64,000 nucleotides of DNA, from contig JASJCT010000002.1 of the NCBI GenBank assembly GCA_030065855.1, forward strand, positions 5,414 through 69,413, given 5' to 3'. Origin of the DNA: Myxococcota bacterium. Lineage in GTDB: Bacteria; Myxococcota_A; Polyangia; JAAYKL01. The translations under genes were made by a program, and so were the position numbers. The notes under the pieces are model-generated. The model did no database searches. It had not been told where the DNA came from and worked only from the letters and a program-made list of their open reading frames with translations. Positions 1 to 9,103 of the stretch are shown in pieces (the first letter of the stretch is position 1; the number at the start of each line of letters is the position of its first letter).

Positions 1-2
1 CC

Positions 3-902
3 TATGTCAGGGATCTACAATGGAAGGTGTTTACCGCCGCTCTGATGTCTATGTCAGGATGGGCGGACTACGATAAACAACCCTGGCGGTACGGCGAACC
101 CTACACATCTTATAACCGGGATGCCCTGAAGCTCAAAATGCGACTGACACCTTATCTCTACACCTATTGTCATCGCGCCTACACCAATGGCGTACCGCTC
201 GTACGCGGAATGGTGCTTGAATACCCAGACGACCCGGTGACATGGGGCACGGACACACAATATCAGTTCATGTCGGGCGAATGGTTCTTGGTAGCGCCCA
301 TCTACTATGACGGCACCAGCCGCGATGACATCTATCTTCCCCAAGGTCAGTGGATTGACTACTGGGACGGCACCCGCTACGAGGGACCCCAAACCTTAGA
401 CAACTATGATGCACCCCTTGAAAAACTCCCAGTATTTGTCAAGGCCGGCGCCATTGTTCCGATGTGGCCTGAGATGCTGCACCACCGGGAAAAGGAAAAA
501 AATCCGCTAACCCTGGACATTTATCCGACCGAAACAAAAACCAGCTTCGAGCTCTACGAAGACGACGGCGTAACCCGAGCATTTGCGGACGGCCACTTTG
601 CAAAACAGAAGATCACGAGCCAGCTGGATTCGGATAAGGTAGCAGTCGTTATCAAGCCGAGCGTGGGCAACTTTGACGGCAAGCTGGAAAATCGAAATTA
701 CTTGCTCGAAGTCCACATCTCGGACAAGCCAGGCAATGTGACCTTGGACGGCAATGAACTAGAAGAAAAGGCCTCTCTCGCTGCTCTTGAAAGCGCTGTG
801 GATGGTTGGTTCTTTGATCCGAGCGACCGTAAAGGCGTGCTACACGTTAAGACCGACGCCCTGAGCACTGACGAAACGATTGAAATCGTAGCGAATTTAT
901 AG
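3..902 (+). CDS. Glycoside hydrolase family 31 protein, C-terminal part (5'-truncated by window edge)
   Basis: Frame is open from base 3. It shows the GH31 C-terminal signatures LxPYLYT, GVPLVRGM, QFMxGxxFLVAP, IYLPQGQWIDYW, LPVFVKAGAIVP and LYEDDG (DUF5110-type tail). Confidence 0.9.
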   Translation, partial: YVRDLQWKVFTAALMSMSGWADYDKQPWRYGEPYTSYNRDALKLKMRLTPYLYTYCHRAYTNGVPLVRGMVLEYPDDPVTWGTDTQYQFMSGEWFLVAPIYYDGTSRDDIYLPQGQWIDYWDGTRYEGPQTLDNYDAPLEKLPVFVKAGAIVPMWPEMLHHREKEKNPLTLDIYPTETKTSFELYEDDGVTRAFADGHFAKQKITSQLDSDKVAVVIKPSVGNFDGKLENRNYLLEVHISDKPGNVTLDGNELEEKASLAALESAVDGWFFDPSDRKGVLHVKTDALSTDETIEIVANL

Positions 903-919
903 CAGCCTGCCCCCGGTCC

Positions 920-2242
920 CTACTCCTCCAAAAATGCATCTATGGCGTCTTGGTCGGTTTCTATCTTCCTTCTTTTTTTCTTCTCTTTCTTCTTCTCTGG
1001 TGCTGGCGCTGAGGCCTCTTCGAAATCTTCTGTCGCCGTCTGGATCGGTGCATTGGTCTTGGTAGGTACGTAGGTCTCTTGCTTTTGTTTGCTGCGGGAA
1101 ATACCTGACATGGGTATTGGATTTAACACCAAACTGTTAACTCTTAATAAAAGACCTTCCTCAATCTTTTTGGGCTTAAGCCACAAGATAATGCGATCGT
1201 TGACCTGTGCCATGGCCGTGTGCTTGTATTCGGCAGTTACAGAAAGGGCGTCATTATCTGTCTTTATCTGAATGTCAATACTCCCGTCCTTGCCCTGGCT
1301 CGCCACAAAACCAACTTCAGAGAATTCATCGCATTCCGGATACCGGGGCGTGACATCGCCCCAGACGAGGTAGACATTGCACTTTTTCTTTTTTGTCTCC
1401 CTGCGAATCGCCTCTTCTGACGCCTCTTGAACGCCAAAATATATTGGAGCGTCAGCCGTCAGTGTCCACTCCCTCATGACCCGCTGCTCTGGAGGCGGCA
1501 CCTGCGTCTCTGGCACAAATTTCCCCTCCGGTGACTTGAACAGAATCTCGCCATGCTCGTTTACAATCGGGTTCCCAGTGGTGTCCCGCATCGGTTCCCA
1601 AACAAAAATATCTGGAGACTCCAACACAATATTCGACATCCCCACCGCGCGAATCATCTCCTCCTGACGGTCCAGCCCAATCGGTAGGGAACTCTTAAAC
1701 CGCAGCTTTCGAGACCCGATAAGGGCTGTGATAGGGCGCAAATCATCGTGAAATGCTCCGCTGTCCTCATCTACACAGCGCTGGTTTTCATCGAACCGGA
1801 GTTTTTTCGATGGGACAGAGACCATCTCCACATCCTCTATTTCTATCTGCCACCGGGATGCCTCTGAACTGCTGATATCTCCTTCCATCACGTCTTCTAC
1901 AAACCAATTCCGAATGGCGTCGCTCACTGCCCGGGCGTTTTGCCGCACCTGATCAAGCACTTCCATGCCACTGGCCTGCGGCGACAGATCCCCGACCATT
2001 TGAAAGCAGGGGATGTACGAGATGCCTTCCTCGTTGAGCAGGAGCGGTAGCTCCGCTACGGCTTGTGCTTTATTGAGCGGCCCAAAGAGTTGGTAGTCCG
2101 GGCCCGAAGGCCCGGCAGATGTTTTGGGGGGTTGTTTTGGCGCTTCTGTTTTGGCAGGCTGACCGCCCCCACATCCTGCAAAACACGACATAACTGCGGC
2201 GATAACAAGCGTACATGCGAATCCACGGGGTTGCTCGAACAT
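920..2242 (-). CDS. Hypothetical lipoprotein
   Basis: 440 aa ORF with AGGAG RBS, a hydrophobic N-terminus ending in FAGC (lipobox-like), a Pro-rich linker and a Lys-rich tail. Confidence 0.7.
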   Translation of the reverse strand: MFEQPRGFACTLVIAAVMSCFAGCGGGQPAKTEAPKQPPKTSAGPSGPDYQLFGPLNKAQAVAELPLLLNEEGISYIPCFQMVGDLSPQASGMEVLDQVRQNARAVSDAIRNWFVEDVMEGDISSSEASRWQIEIEDVEMVSVPSKKLRFDENQRCVDEDSGAFHDDLRPITALIGSRKLRFKSSLPIGLDRQEEMIRAVGMSNIVLESPDIFVWEPMRDTTGNPIVNEHGEILFKSPEGKFVPETQVPPPEQRVMREWTLTADAPIYFGVQEASEEAIRRETKKKKCNVYLVWGDVTPRYPECDEFSEVGFVASQGKDGSIDIQIKTDNDALSVTAEYKHTAMAQVNDRIILWLKPKKIEEGLLLRVNSLVLNPIPMSGISRSKQKQETYVPTKTNAPIQTATEDFEEASAPAPEKKKEKKKRRKIETDQDAIDAFLEE

Positions 2243-2403
2243 GGGCTCCTCCTAGTAAAAGTCTATTCTTATCTGCATCATTAGTACATCATATTAACAT
2301 CTAGGGAGTTCCAGCCAACCCCAAATAGTGAAGCATTTTTTAACGACATGTATCTCATTGCCGTTCACCCCTGTTTTACGGGTGATAAAACCGGAAATCA
2401 CTG

Positions 2404-2862
2404 CTATGGCTGGGGAGATGGCGTTCCAGATGGGCCCGGGGTTCCAACAACGACCCTGAGCTCATCGCGTCGAATCGGCTTGGATAAAAACCCCTGAACA
2501 AGACCAGAACGGATGTGGGGCACTATATCGGTTGTATTTCCGCCTGACACCAGGATCCGCCTGGCGTGTGGATAATGCGTGCTGACAAACGCAAGCAGCC
2601 AGATACCGTCCTTTCCCGGCATGTCATAATCCGTAATAACAGAGTGAAACCCCCGGGTCACCAGCATCTGAGCAGCCTGTTCCGCGTCACTGGCAATTTC
2701 CACATCCCATTGCTTGGCGAGAATGCGATGCATGAGGCGTAGATTTGTGGGATCGTCGTCCACGATAAGGATAGCTGGCGGGCACTTGACCCCGATATGG
2801 GGTATTGCCTCAGATTGATCCAGTGGACGCAACACCTGATCGCCACCCCCCTTTTGCTTCAT
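2404..2862 (-). CDS. Single-domain response regulator (receiver)
   Basis: ILIVDDD, phosphoacceptor ITDYDMPGKDG, SG and FLSKP motifs; no output domain. Confidence 0.9.
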   Translation of the reverse strand: MKQKGGGDQVLRPLDQSEAIPHIGVKCPPAILIVDDDPTNLRLMHRILAKQWDVEIASDAEQAAQMLVTRGFHSVITDYDMPGKDGIWLLAFVSTHYPHARRILVSGGNTTDIVPHIRSGLVQGFLSKPIRRDELRVVVGTPGPSGTPSPQP

Positions 2863-3043
2863 ACCGAGCTCCCCCGTGTATTTGTCCTAGCCGACCGAAC
2901 CCAACCCTTGGGCGAATGAGCATCTCTCTCGCCCCAGTATCCTATCGACTGGAAAATATCCCAACTCTGGGTTCCTGTCCAGCCACCATTTCGACCCGTT
3001 GCTTTTCGATTCCCGCGCCCAACCGCGACCGCGGGAAAAATAG

Positions 3044-3238
3044 CTATCGAGTGCGCTTTTCTATTTTGCCTGAACGCAAACAGCGGGTGCACACGCGGAC
3101 ACGCCTGGGCGTGCCGTCAACCATGGCCTTAACCCGCTGAATATTTGGTTTGGTCGTCCGTTTGGTCTTTATGTTTGAGTGACTCACAAGGTTGCCCGTC
3201 ATGGCTTCTTTTCCGCATATTTCACACCTGTTTGCCAT
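3044..3238 (-). CDS. rpmB: 50S ribosomal protein L28
   Basis: MANRCEICGK...GNLVSHSN.KTKR...PNIQ...VRVCTRCLRSG; AGGAGG RBS upstream of ATG 3238; retains two CxxC zinc pairs. Confidence 0.97.
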   Translation of the reverse strand: MANRCEICGKEAMTGNLVSHSNIKTKRTTKPNIQRVKAMVDGTPRRVRVCTRCLRSGKIEKRTR

Positions 3239-3323
3239 TGCCAACCTCCTCTGATCATTCCGCATAGGCTCGGGCGATGGGGTCGTACCACCAACGCGGC
3301 GAAATCGCAAGATCTTTTGACTA

Positions 3324-3773
3324 TCAATCGCCCCCTGGTCTGCGTTCCAACCATCGCAGGCCAGCGGCTAAGATGTGGTCGTGATCAAATGCCAGGTCTG
3401 AGCATTGGGTTACTGGCATCCAGTAGGCTGCGGCCGCATCGTCGCCACTCTGGATGTTAGCACAGGAAGATCCCACCACGCCGACATAGGCAATAGCGAT
3501 ATTCCTCCCCCGTGGATCCCTACCTGGTGTGCCAAAAGCAGCCAGTTGTTCCAGCATCACGTCGTTTAAGCCGGTCTCCTCGTAGAGTTCTCGGCACGCA
3601 GCATCCCTTAGGTCTTCATGCATATCCACGAAACCGCCCGGAAGGGCCAACGATCCCTGGTATGGTGGGTTCTTTCGACGGATTACCAGCAGTTCCAAGT
3701 CGTCTTTTACCCGTCGAAACACGACAGCATCTACCGTCACCATCGGCCTGGGATACTTGTAGGTATAGCCCAT
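3324..3773 (-). CDS. NUDIX hydrolase (ADP-ribose pyrophosphatase-like)
   Basis: YPRPMVTVDAVV, Nudix box GGFVDMHEDLRDAACRELYEETGL, RDPRG and LAFDH motifs. Confidence 0.92.
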   Translation of the reverse strand: MGYTYKYPRPMVTVDAVVFRRVKDDLELLVIRRKNPPYQGSLALPGGFVDMHEDLRDAACRELYEETGLNDVMLEQLAAFGTPGRDPRGRNIAIAYVGVVGSSCANIQSGDDAAAAYWMPVTQCSDLAFDHDHILAAGLRWLERRPGGD

Positions 3774-3859
3774 GAGATATTGCCTTTCCAAAGGCACAGT
3801 GTAACCGCCGGGCATAGCTCTCGGCAATGCTGAATCGTCCAACCCTGTACACTTGGGAT

Positions 3860-4933
3860 CTATTCCGAGGGCACACACATCAAGCAAGTATTGGCCTCAG
3901 AATTTTCTTGTGGCAGTTCGGCGATGAGTCCTTGCCAGGCGTAATCGGAAATCTCAGAGAGCAAAATGCCCATTCCCGGGGGTGCGGTCACGGTTGACAC
4001 CATTGGATTGTATCTGCGAACCCACCGCACCGTACCAGTGCCGCTCGCGCGGTGCCCGCTTTGCGAGCGTATGCTGAGCGCGAGGTGTGTGCCGATGGGA
4101 TGGGGCGAAGGGGTCGAGACAAATACCCGCGCGCCCATATCCTCACTGCTGAAGCCGCCTTGAAACTGCCGATCGCTGGACTGACTCGGGATGACATCCA
4201 CACGAAGGGCAGGTCTGCTAAGTCTCTCTTTGGTTTGGAGGGGCTGTACAGATACTGCTGGCGCCTGCTGGTCAGATAGGGGTCCAGGGGATGCCTGAGG
4301 AGGCGCCGGTACAGGCGTTGATGGGGCCTCCTCTGGGTATTGGGTCTTGGCAAGGGCCAGGGCATCCCGGGCGAGCCCCTCAAAAAAAGCCCGATCCTCA
4401 CAGTCCTCGGGCAGCGGCGCAGGGTCAGGTGCCAATGTTGGAAACGCAGCTGCGAGCAATTCCCCAATCGAACACATCCAATCCGGCGTCGACACTGCCT
4501 CGGGTTCACGGACAGTGCCACACGCCTCGGGTTCGGCGCGATTATCGAAGAGCATGGGTGGGTTGTTTTTGATATAGGCCTGGATTTTCCCTATCTGAAA
4601 TTGATTGAGGGACTGTATCTTCACGCCCATCCCAGGCACGGTTTCTGGTGTGAGAGGGTTATACTCGCGCACCCACTCGACGCGGCCGTCAACCGTCACC
4701 CTATCCCCGTCGGGGAAGCGAATTCTGACGGACATCGGGGTGTGAACAGGCTTTGTATCGTATGTCGAAATAAAGACACCCCCATTTTCAATTGAGTCTG
4801 AAAAATCTGCGTAAAACCCATTTTCAGACATGGGGTCGAGTCTGACGTCGCACACATAGGGCATGGCCCAGGTGGGCGATTGAACAACATTGCACGCAGC
4901 CTGAAAAGGAGATGGATCCGCATTGCTCAGCAT
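3860..4933 (-). CDS. Tandem TIGR02266 (PilZ-like, myxobacterial) domain protein
   Basis: Two repeats of F(Y)xxFSxxIxxGGVFIST...P...GxVxWVRxYNP...PGMG separated by a Pro-rich linker. The start is uncertain (ORF open to 4999). Confidence 0.8.
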   Translation of the reverse strand: MLSNADPSPFQAACNVVQSPTWAMPYVCDVRLDPMSENGFYADFSDSIENGGVFISTYDTKPVHTPMSVRIRFPDGDRVTVDGRVEWVREYNPLTPETVPGMGVKIQSLNQFQIGKIQAYIKNNPPMLFDNRAEPEACGTVREPEAVSTPDWMCSIGELLAAAFPTLAPDPAPLPEDCEDRAFFEGLARDALALAKTQYPEEAPSTPVPAPPQASPGPLSDQQAPAVSVQPLQTKERLSRPALRVDVIPSQSSDRQFQGGFSSEDMGARVFVSTPSPHPIGTHLALSIRSQSGHRASGTGTVRWVRRYNPMVSTVTAPPGMGILLSEISDYAWQGLIAELPQENSEANTCLMCVPSE

Positions 4934-5228
4934 TTCGGCACCCTCTTGTTTATCGACGCGAGCCGGTCGCCTCTCCTGGCGATAGAGCAACGTATCCAAG
5001 CTTTCTCACAGCAAACGACATTCCTGTCGTCCCGCCACGCGAGTGTCCTATAGATTCAAATCGGCGGGTCACACCGAAGGTTGAATTTTTTTTTGAAAGT
5101 GTATTGGAAATTGTTCGGTCCTGGTTGCAAAATTAGAAGAAGCCGATTAATGGAGCCTGTAAAAGGCCATCCAAGAGGGCAAGACTGATGTTAGTATTTA
5201 AAGCGTTTGCAAGTAAGGCAGGGGGTTA

Positions 5229-6017
5229 ATGAAAGACGAAGCAATACACGGGATTCGATTTGAATCTGGGTCTCTGCTCCCTAAAGTGGTTGAGGACTAC
5301 GCATCTCAGCAGTCGCTTTTATTTTGCGATGTCACCGGGTTTGGCGCCCTGGAGTGGGCAGAGCTGGCTGGGTCCGAGGATGCACAGATCATGCGCTTTT
5401 CAGGACCGCTCCACCTGATTGATTTAAAAGGGCGGCTCCGTACGGCTGGAGATATTCAGATCTGCGATTTTGTGTGCACGCTGTCCAGACATACCGATAA
5501 CGGCATTCAGTTGATCGGCGGCATCTTAAAAGGGGCTGAGGCGCGATTTTTGGAGCTGGCAGTTATCCCCCTCGAGGGGCCCACCCAAGAGCCAGTCATC
5601 AGCACCACTGCCCCAGAAGCCCACAAGAGAGATATTCCAAAATTGGTTTCCGACTCCTCTTTGCCCTATCCCGCAGGCGTTGGACTGGCAAACAAGCCAG
5701 AGGCCCCCCCTGCCATGCCCTCACAGGGGGATGATCGGTGGGCCAGAGCGATTGAAGCGTCTAACGACGTCATGCGCCGGGCAAAAGACGGGGGGTACGA
5801 ACCAGACGCTGTTGAAATACGCCCCAACCGGGGGGATATCGCAATCCACCGCCAATTTGGCAGGTGCAAAGTGATCCGAGTGGGGGACGATCATATCACC
5901 CTGCGCAAGCCAGACGGGCGGAACGTACAACTGGGGCTGGCCATCTTGAAATTCGTAAAAGAGGGAACAGAGGACAATCACACCATATTTCGGGTAGAAG
6001 TCCGGTCCAAGCGATAG
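5229..6017 (+). CDS. PPC/DUF296-like domain fused to a C-terminal Tudor-like (UvrD-CTD-like) domain
   Basis: N-terminal half resembles PPC (G.GAL..AEL, LxGxL, QLIGGIL); the C-terminus has GDIAIHRQFGRCKV. Confidence 0.6.
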   Translation: MKDEAIHGIRFESGSLLPKVVEDYASQQSLLFCDVTGFGALEWAELAGSEDAQIMRFSGPLHLIDLKGRLRTAGDIQICDFVCTLSRHTDNGIQLIGGILKGAEARFLELAVIPLEGPTQEPVISTTAPEAHKRDIPKLVSDSSLPYPAGVGLANKPEAPPAMPSQGDDRWARAIEASNDVMRRAKDGGYEPDAVEIRPNRGDIAIHRQFGRCKVIRVGDDHITLRKPDGRNVQLGLAILKFVKEGTEDNHTIFRVEVRSKR

Positions 6018-6024
6018 CGCGCCA

Positions 6025-7062
6025 TTGTCACAGGGGACAGGCAGGCGTACACTGTCGGCCATGATACGTGCGCTAACATTGGGTTTCTTGGCGGTGGCGA
6101 TCTCTGGGTGTGGCCCTGCAGACGCACCCGATACTGGCAGCCAACGCGGGCAATCGTTCTTGCGCTGCGCCGAGCCGCTAGATGATGGCCGAGAAGAGAC
6201 ATTCAGCCTCCCGCCCCTCGTCATTCAGCGCAGCGGATACGACGTGGCCATCCGTGAGATCAAGCGAAGCCTGGTGGTACTGGGATTGCTCGCCGGTATT
6301 TCTCAGCCCATCAAGGCCACACTTGAGAATCTAGACTTTTTTTTAGAGCAGTTTAAGGGTGCCGGTGTCCAGGCCATCTTAGTGGCCGGTGGTGTGGGTA
6401 CGCTGTCGACCGAAGTTGTGCCCATCCTAGATCGACTGGCAACAGCACCAGTGCCGATTCTGCTGGTACCTGGGGCAAGCGAGAACTTCGATGTGTTTCG
6501 CCGGGCGATCCGGCAAAAACGCAAAACCAGCCCCCAACTACTCGATATGACGCGCGTGCGACGCGTGCGTATCGGTAACCATACCATCGTGAGTCTGCCC
6601 GGGTATTATCGGCCCTATTACCTGACCGCTGGGGAGCGGGGATGCGCTTACGACATCGATGATATCGAAAAAACAGCTTCTCTATTTGAAAAGGGGCGCA
6701 TCAACGTCGTGCTGTCACCGACACCGCCTCGGGGTCAGGGGGAACGCGCTGTGGATCGGAGCCGGGTGGGCGTAAATATCGGTTGCCCGGACTTGCCTCA
6801 CATGCTCAAGGCATCTGGCGTGCGGTTCGGCCTGTTTGGATACGCAGTCGAATCCGGTGGCCACGCAACCCTCGACGACGGAGAGACAGCAGTGGCCCCA
6901 GGTGTATGGCGAGACGGGCTTTTTGTTCAGGCCGGTGCGTCTGAGGCAGTGCCCATCACCCTGGTGGGACAGGGGCGTTCGGTCGGCATGGCCCAAATTG
7001 TGGAGCTCTCTGGTGCCCGGGCCCGCTATCGAACCATCTTAGCCCAAGCTGGCAAGCACTGA
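6025..7062 (+). CDS. Metallophosphoesterase-fold lipoprotein with degenerate metal sites
   Basis: Lipobox ISGC. The Icc-like layout (GVQAILVAGG, PILLVPGASE, VLSPTPP, NIG, FG...ESGG) is present, but the Asp/His/Asn ligands are replaced. An alternative start lies at 6061. Confidence 0.55.
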   Translation: MSQGTGRRTLSAMIRALTLGFLAVAISGCGPADAPDTGSQRGQSFLRCAEPLDDGREETFSLPPLVIQRSGYDVAIREIKRSLVVLGLLAGISQPIKATLENLDFFLEQFKGAGVQAILVAGGVGTLSTEVVPILDRLATAPVPILLVPGASENFDVFRRAIRQKRKTSPQLLDMTRVRRVRIGNHTIVSLPGYYRPYYLTAGERGCAYDIDDIEKTASLFEKGRINVVLSPTPPRGQGERAVDRSRVGVNIGCPDLPHMLKASGVRFGLFGYAVESGGHATLDDGETAVAPGVWRDGLFVQAGASEAVPITLVGQGRSVGMAQIVELSGARARYRTILAQAGKH

Positions 7063-7201
7063 GACCGCAAATCCGACCTATCGGCGATTAAAGCATTTTG
7101 CGCAATACTAAAAATTACTATTATTATAGAACATTATATAGGACACTTGGTAATTCCAAGGACCTTCAATCGGTGGCTGAAGAAAACGGGAGGTCGTCAA
7201 A

Positions 7202-9088
7202 GTGGCAAAGATCTGCCAAATGTGTGGGACATCAAACAAGGCTGACCTCGACTTTTGCACTGCCTGCGGTAGCCCCATGACAAAAGACGCCGATGAGGCC
7301 CAACCGACTGAAATCCAAGGCACTGGCAAAGCAACGACCGCTGCCACGACCCCTGGTATCGAGGCCGTGAGCGAGGAAACCTTACCCCCTAAAAAAACAT
7401 CCACGCCGCCCATGGCCAAGCCAATGGATGCCTCCCGTGGGCCATTGACCGATAATCGCACCATGCTCGGCCTATCGCCCATTCAACCCGAACAGCTGGC
7501 AACCCCAAAAACCAGCAAGCCCCCGATGGCCAAACCCTCAAAGCCACCTCCAGCTTCACCGCAATCAGAGCCCCCAGTGCCGATGAACGTCTATCAGGAA
7601 AAGCGCACCGTGCTCGGAGTACATGCGCGCGATACTGAGCGCGATACTGAGCGCGATACTGAGCGCGATACTGAGCGCGATGCTGCGCGCGATGCCGATC
7701 CCCCTTTAGATGAAAGCCAGATACCCCGCCAGCCTGAGGGGGAGGCAATCCCCGAGTCCAACATCGAAGCAGCACCAGCCCCCGCATCAAAAGCAGATAT
7801 CGAGCCTCAGACTGAGTCCGATAGATGGCCCGATGAAGACCCGGTACCGAAGCGCCGCGCTTACGGCCTGCTCGTCGGCCTGGTCATCGCGAGTGCTGCC
7901 GTGGTCCTCGGCTTGGTCGTGTATCTCTTTATTTTCCTGCCAGAGGACGCCCCCTTAAAACCACAGGTTTTTCTATCAGCAGACGGCAACAGTGCCACTA
8001 TTGTATTTTCTCTTCCAGAGGCACTGCCTGGCACAACCCTTCAGATTGGGGATACGCGCGCCCCCGTGCGAGAGGGCAAAGCCCGTATTGACCTGCCACT
8101 CAGCACCCTCTCTCTGGGTGTGAACACCCTCGAGGTGGCGGTCATAGAACCTGAAAGCCCACCTCAGAACCAGCGCTTTCAAATCGCGCTTTGGCACACC
8201 ATTTCTACGAATTTCAATGGCTTGATGACTGAAAATCCATTTGTTTTGGCTGAGTTCACTGTAGCGCCACAAATAGAACTGGCAGTCGAAGGAACCCCTG
8301 TAACCTTGAGTAACGGCACCTATGCCCACACCATTTTTCTGCGCCAGATAGCCGCTTCGGGTCAGCAATCCGGGGAAAATCTGGTCTATCGGCTACCGTT
8401 TCGCCTGGTAGACGCGGCCGGCACGACCGAACAGGGACATCACCTCATCACCATACCGCTCACAAAGCTGCAGATAGATCGTCCTGCGGAAAAAGCCGTG
8501 GTCGATGCTGACGTTGTGACGTGCGCTGGCGTCACCGAACCCGGCGCGCAGGTGGTGGTAGATGGCCGACCCGTGGGAGTGACCGCCGTTGGCTTTAACA
8601 CGTCTGTACGCCTTCCCACGCTTGGAGAGCACAAGATAAAAATAACGGCCAGGGCGCCGGGCAAGGCCCCCCATACAGTCACTGTTGCGGTCGCGCGCAT
8701 CGAGAGTCTCAGCAGTGCCATAGAAGATTGGTCCAAGGACATCGAACCTCGGCTGGACTACCCTCTCCTCGGCCGCGATCCCAACGCGCACGTGGGTAAA
8801 AAGCTCAAGCTGACAGGTCGGATCGTCAATATCAACACCGAAAAGGGGGTCACAGCTTTTTTGCTCTACGTTGCCAAGGGCTGCCCCAGGGGCGCGAGAT
8901 GTGCCGTTTACGTCGTTTATAGAGGGGAAACCAACGCTGGCCTACAATCGTGGGTCGACGTATACGGATATGCAAGGGGCACCCGTGCTGTGGATTTGCC
9001 CACCGGCAATAGGCTCGACGTCCCAGCAATGGATGCGACATTTGTCGTTAAAATAGCGCCTCAGAAGAAGTGGCGCACACAGCGCTAA
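7202..9088 (+). CDS. Zinc-ribbon, Pro-rich, single-TM protein with periplasmic Ig-like and OB-like domains
   Basis: CQMCGTSN...FCTACG zinc ribbon, low-complexity linker, TM segment (GLLVGLVIASAAVVLGLVVYLFIF) and GVTEPGAQVVVDG Ig-like motif. Confidence 0.75.
   Translation: MAKICQMCGTSNKADLDFCTACGSPMTKDADEAQPTEIQGTGKATTAATTPGIEAVSEETLPPKKTSTPPMAKPMDASRGPLTDNRTMLGLSPIQPEQLATPKTSKPPMAKPSKPPPASPQSEPPVPMNVYQEKRTVLGVHARDTERDTERDTERDTERDAARDADPPLDESQIPRQPEGEAIPESNIEAAPAPASKADIEPQTESDRWPDEDPVPKRRAYGLLVGLVIASAAVVLGLVVYLFIFLPEDAPLKPQVFLSADGNSATIVFSLPEALPGTTLQIGDTRAPVREGKARIDLPLSTLSLGVNTLEVAVIEPESPPQNQRFQIALWHTISTNFNGLMTENPFVLAEFTVAPQIELAVEGTPVTLSNGTYAHTIFLRQIAASGQQSGENLVYRLPFRLVDAAGTTEQGHHLITIPLTKLQIDRPAEKAVVDADVVTCAGVTEPGAQVVVDGRPVGVTAVGFNTSVRLPTLGEHKIKITARAPGKAPHTVTVAVARIESLSSAIEDWSKDIEPRLDYPLLGRDPNAHVGKKLKLTGRIVNINTEKGVTAFLLYVAKGCPRGARCAVYVVYRGETNAGLQSWVDVYGYARGTRAVDLPTGNRLDVPAMDATFVVKIAPQKKWRTQR
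7627..7698 (+). repeat. In-frame 12-bp tandem repeat GCGCGATACTGA (encodes RDTE)
   Basis: Four perfect copies (7627-7674) plus two degenerate copies. Confidence 0.95.
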
Positions 9089-9103
9089 TCAGGGGACTCT
9101 CAC

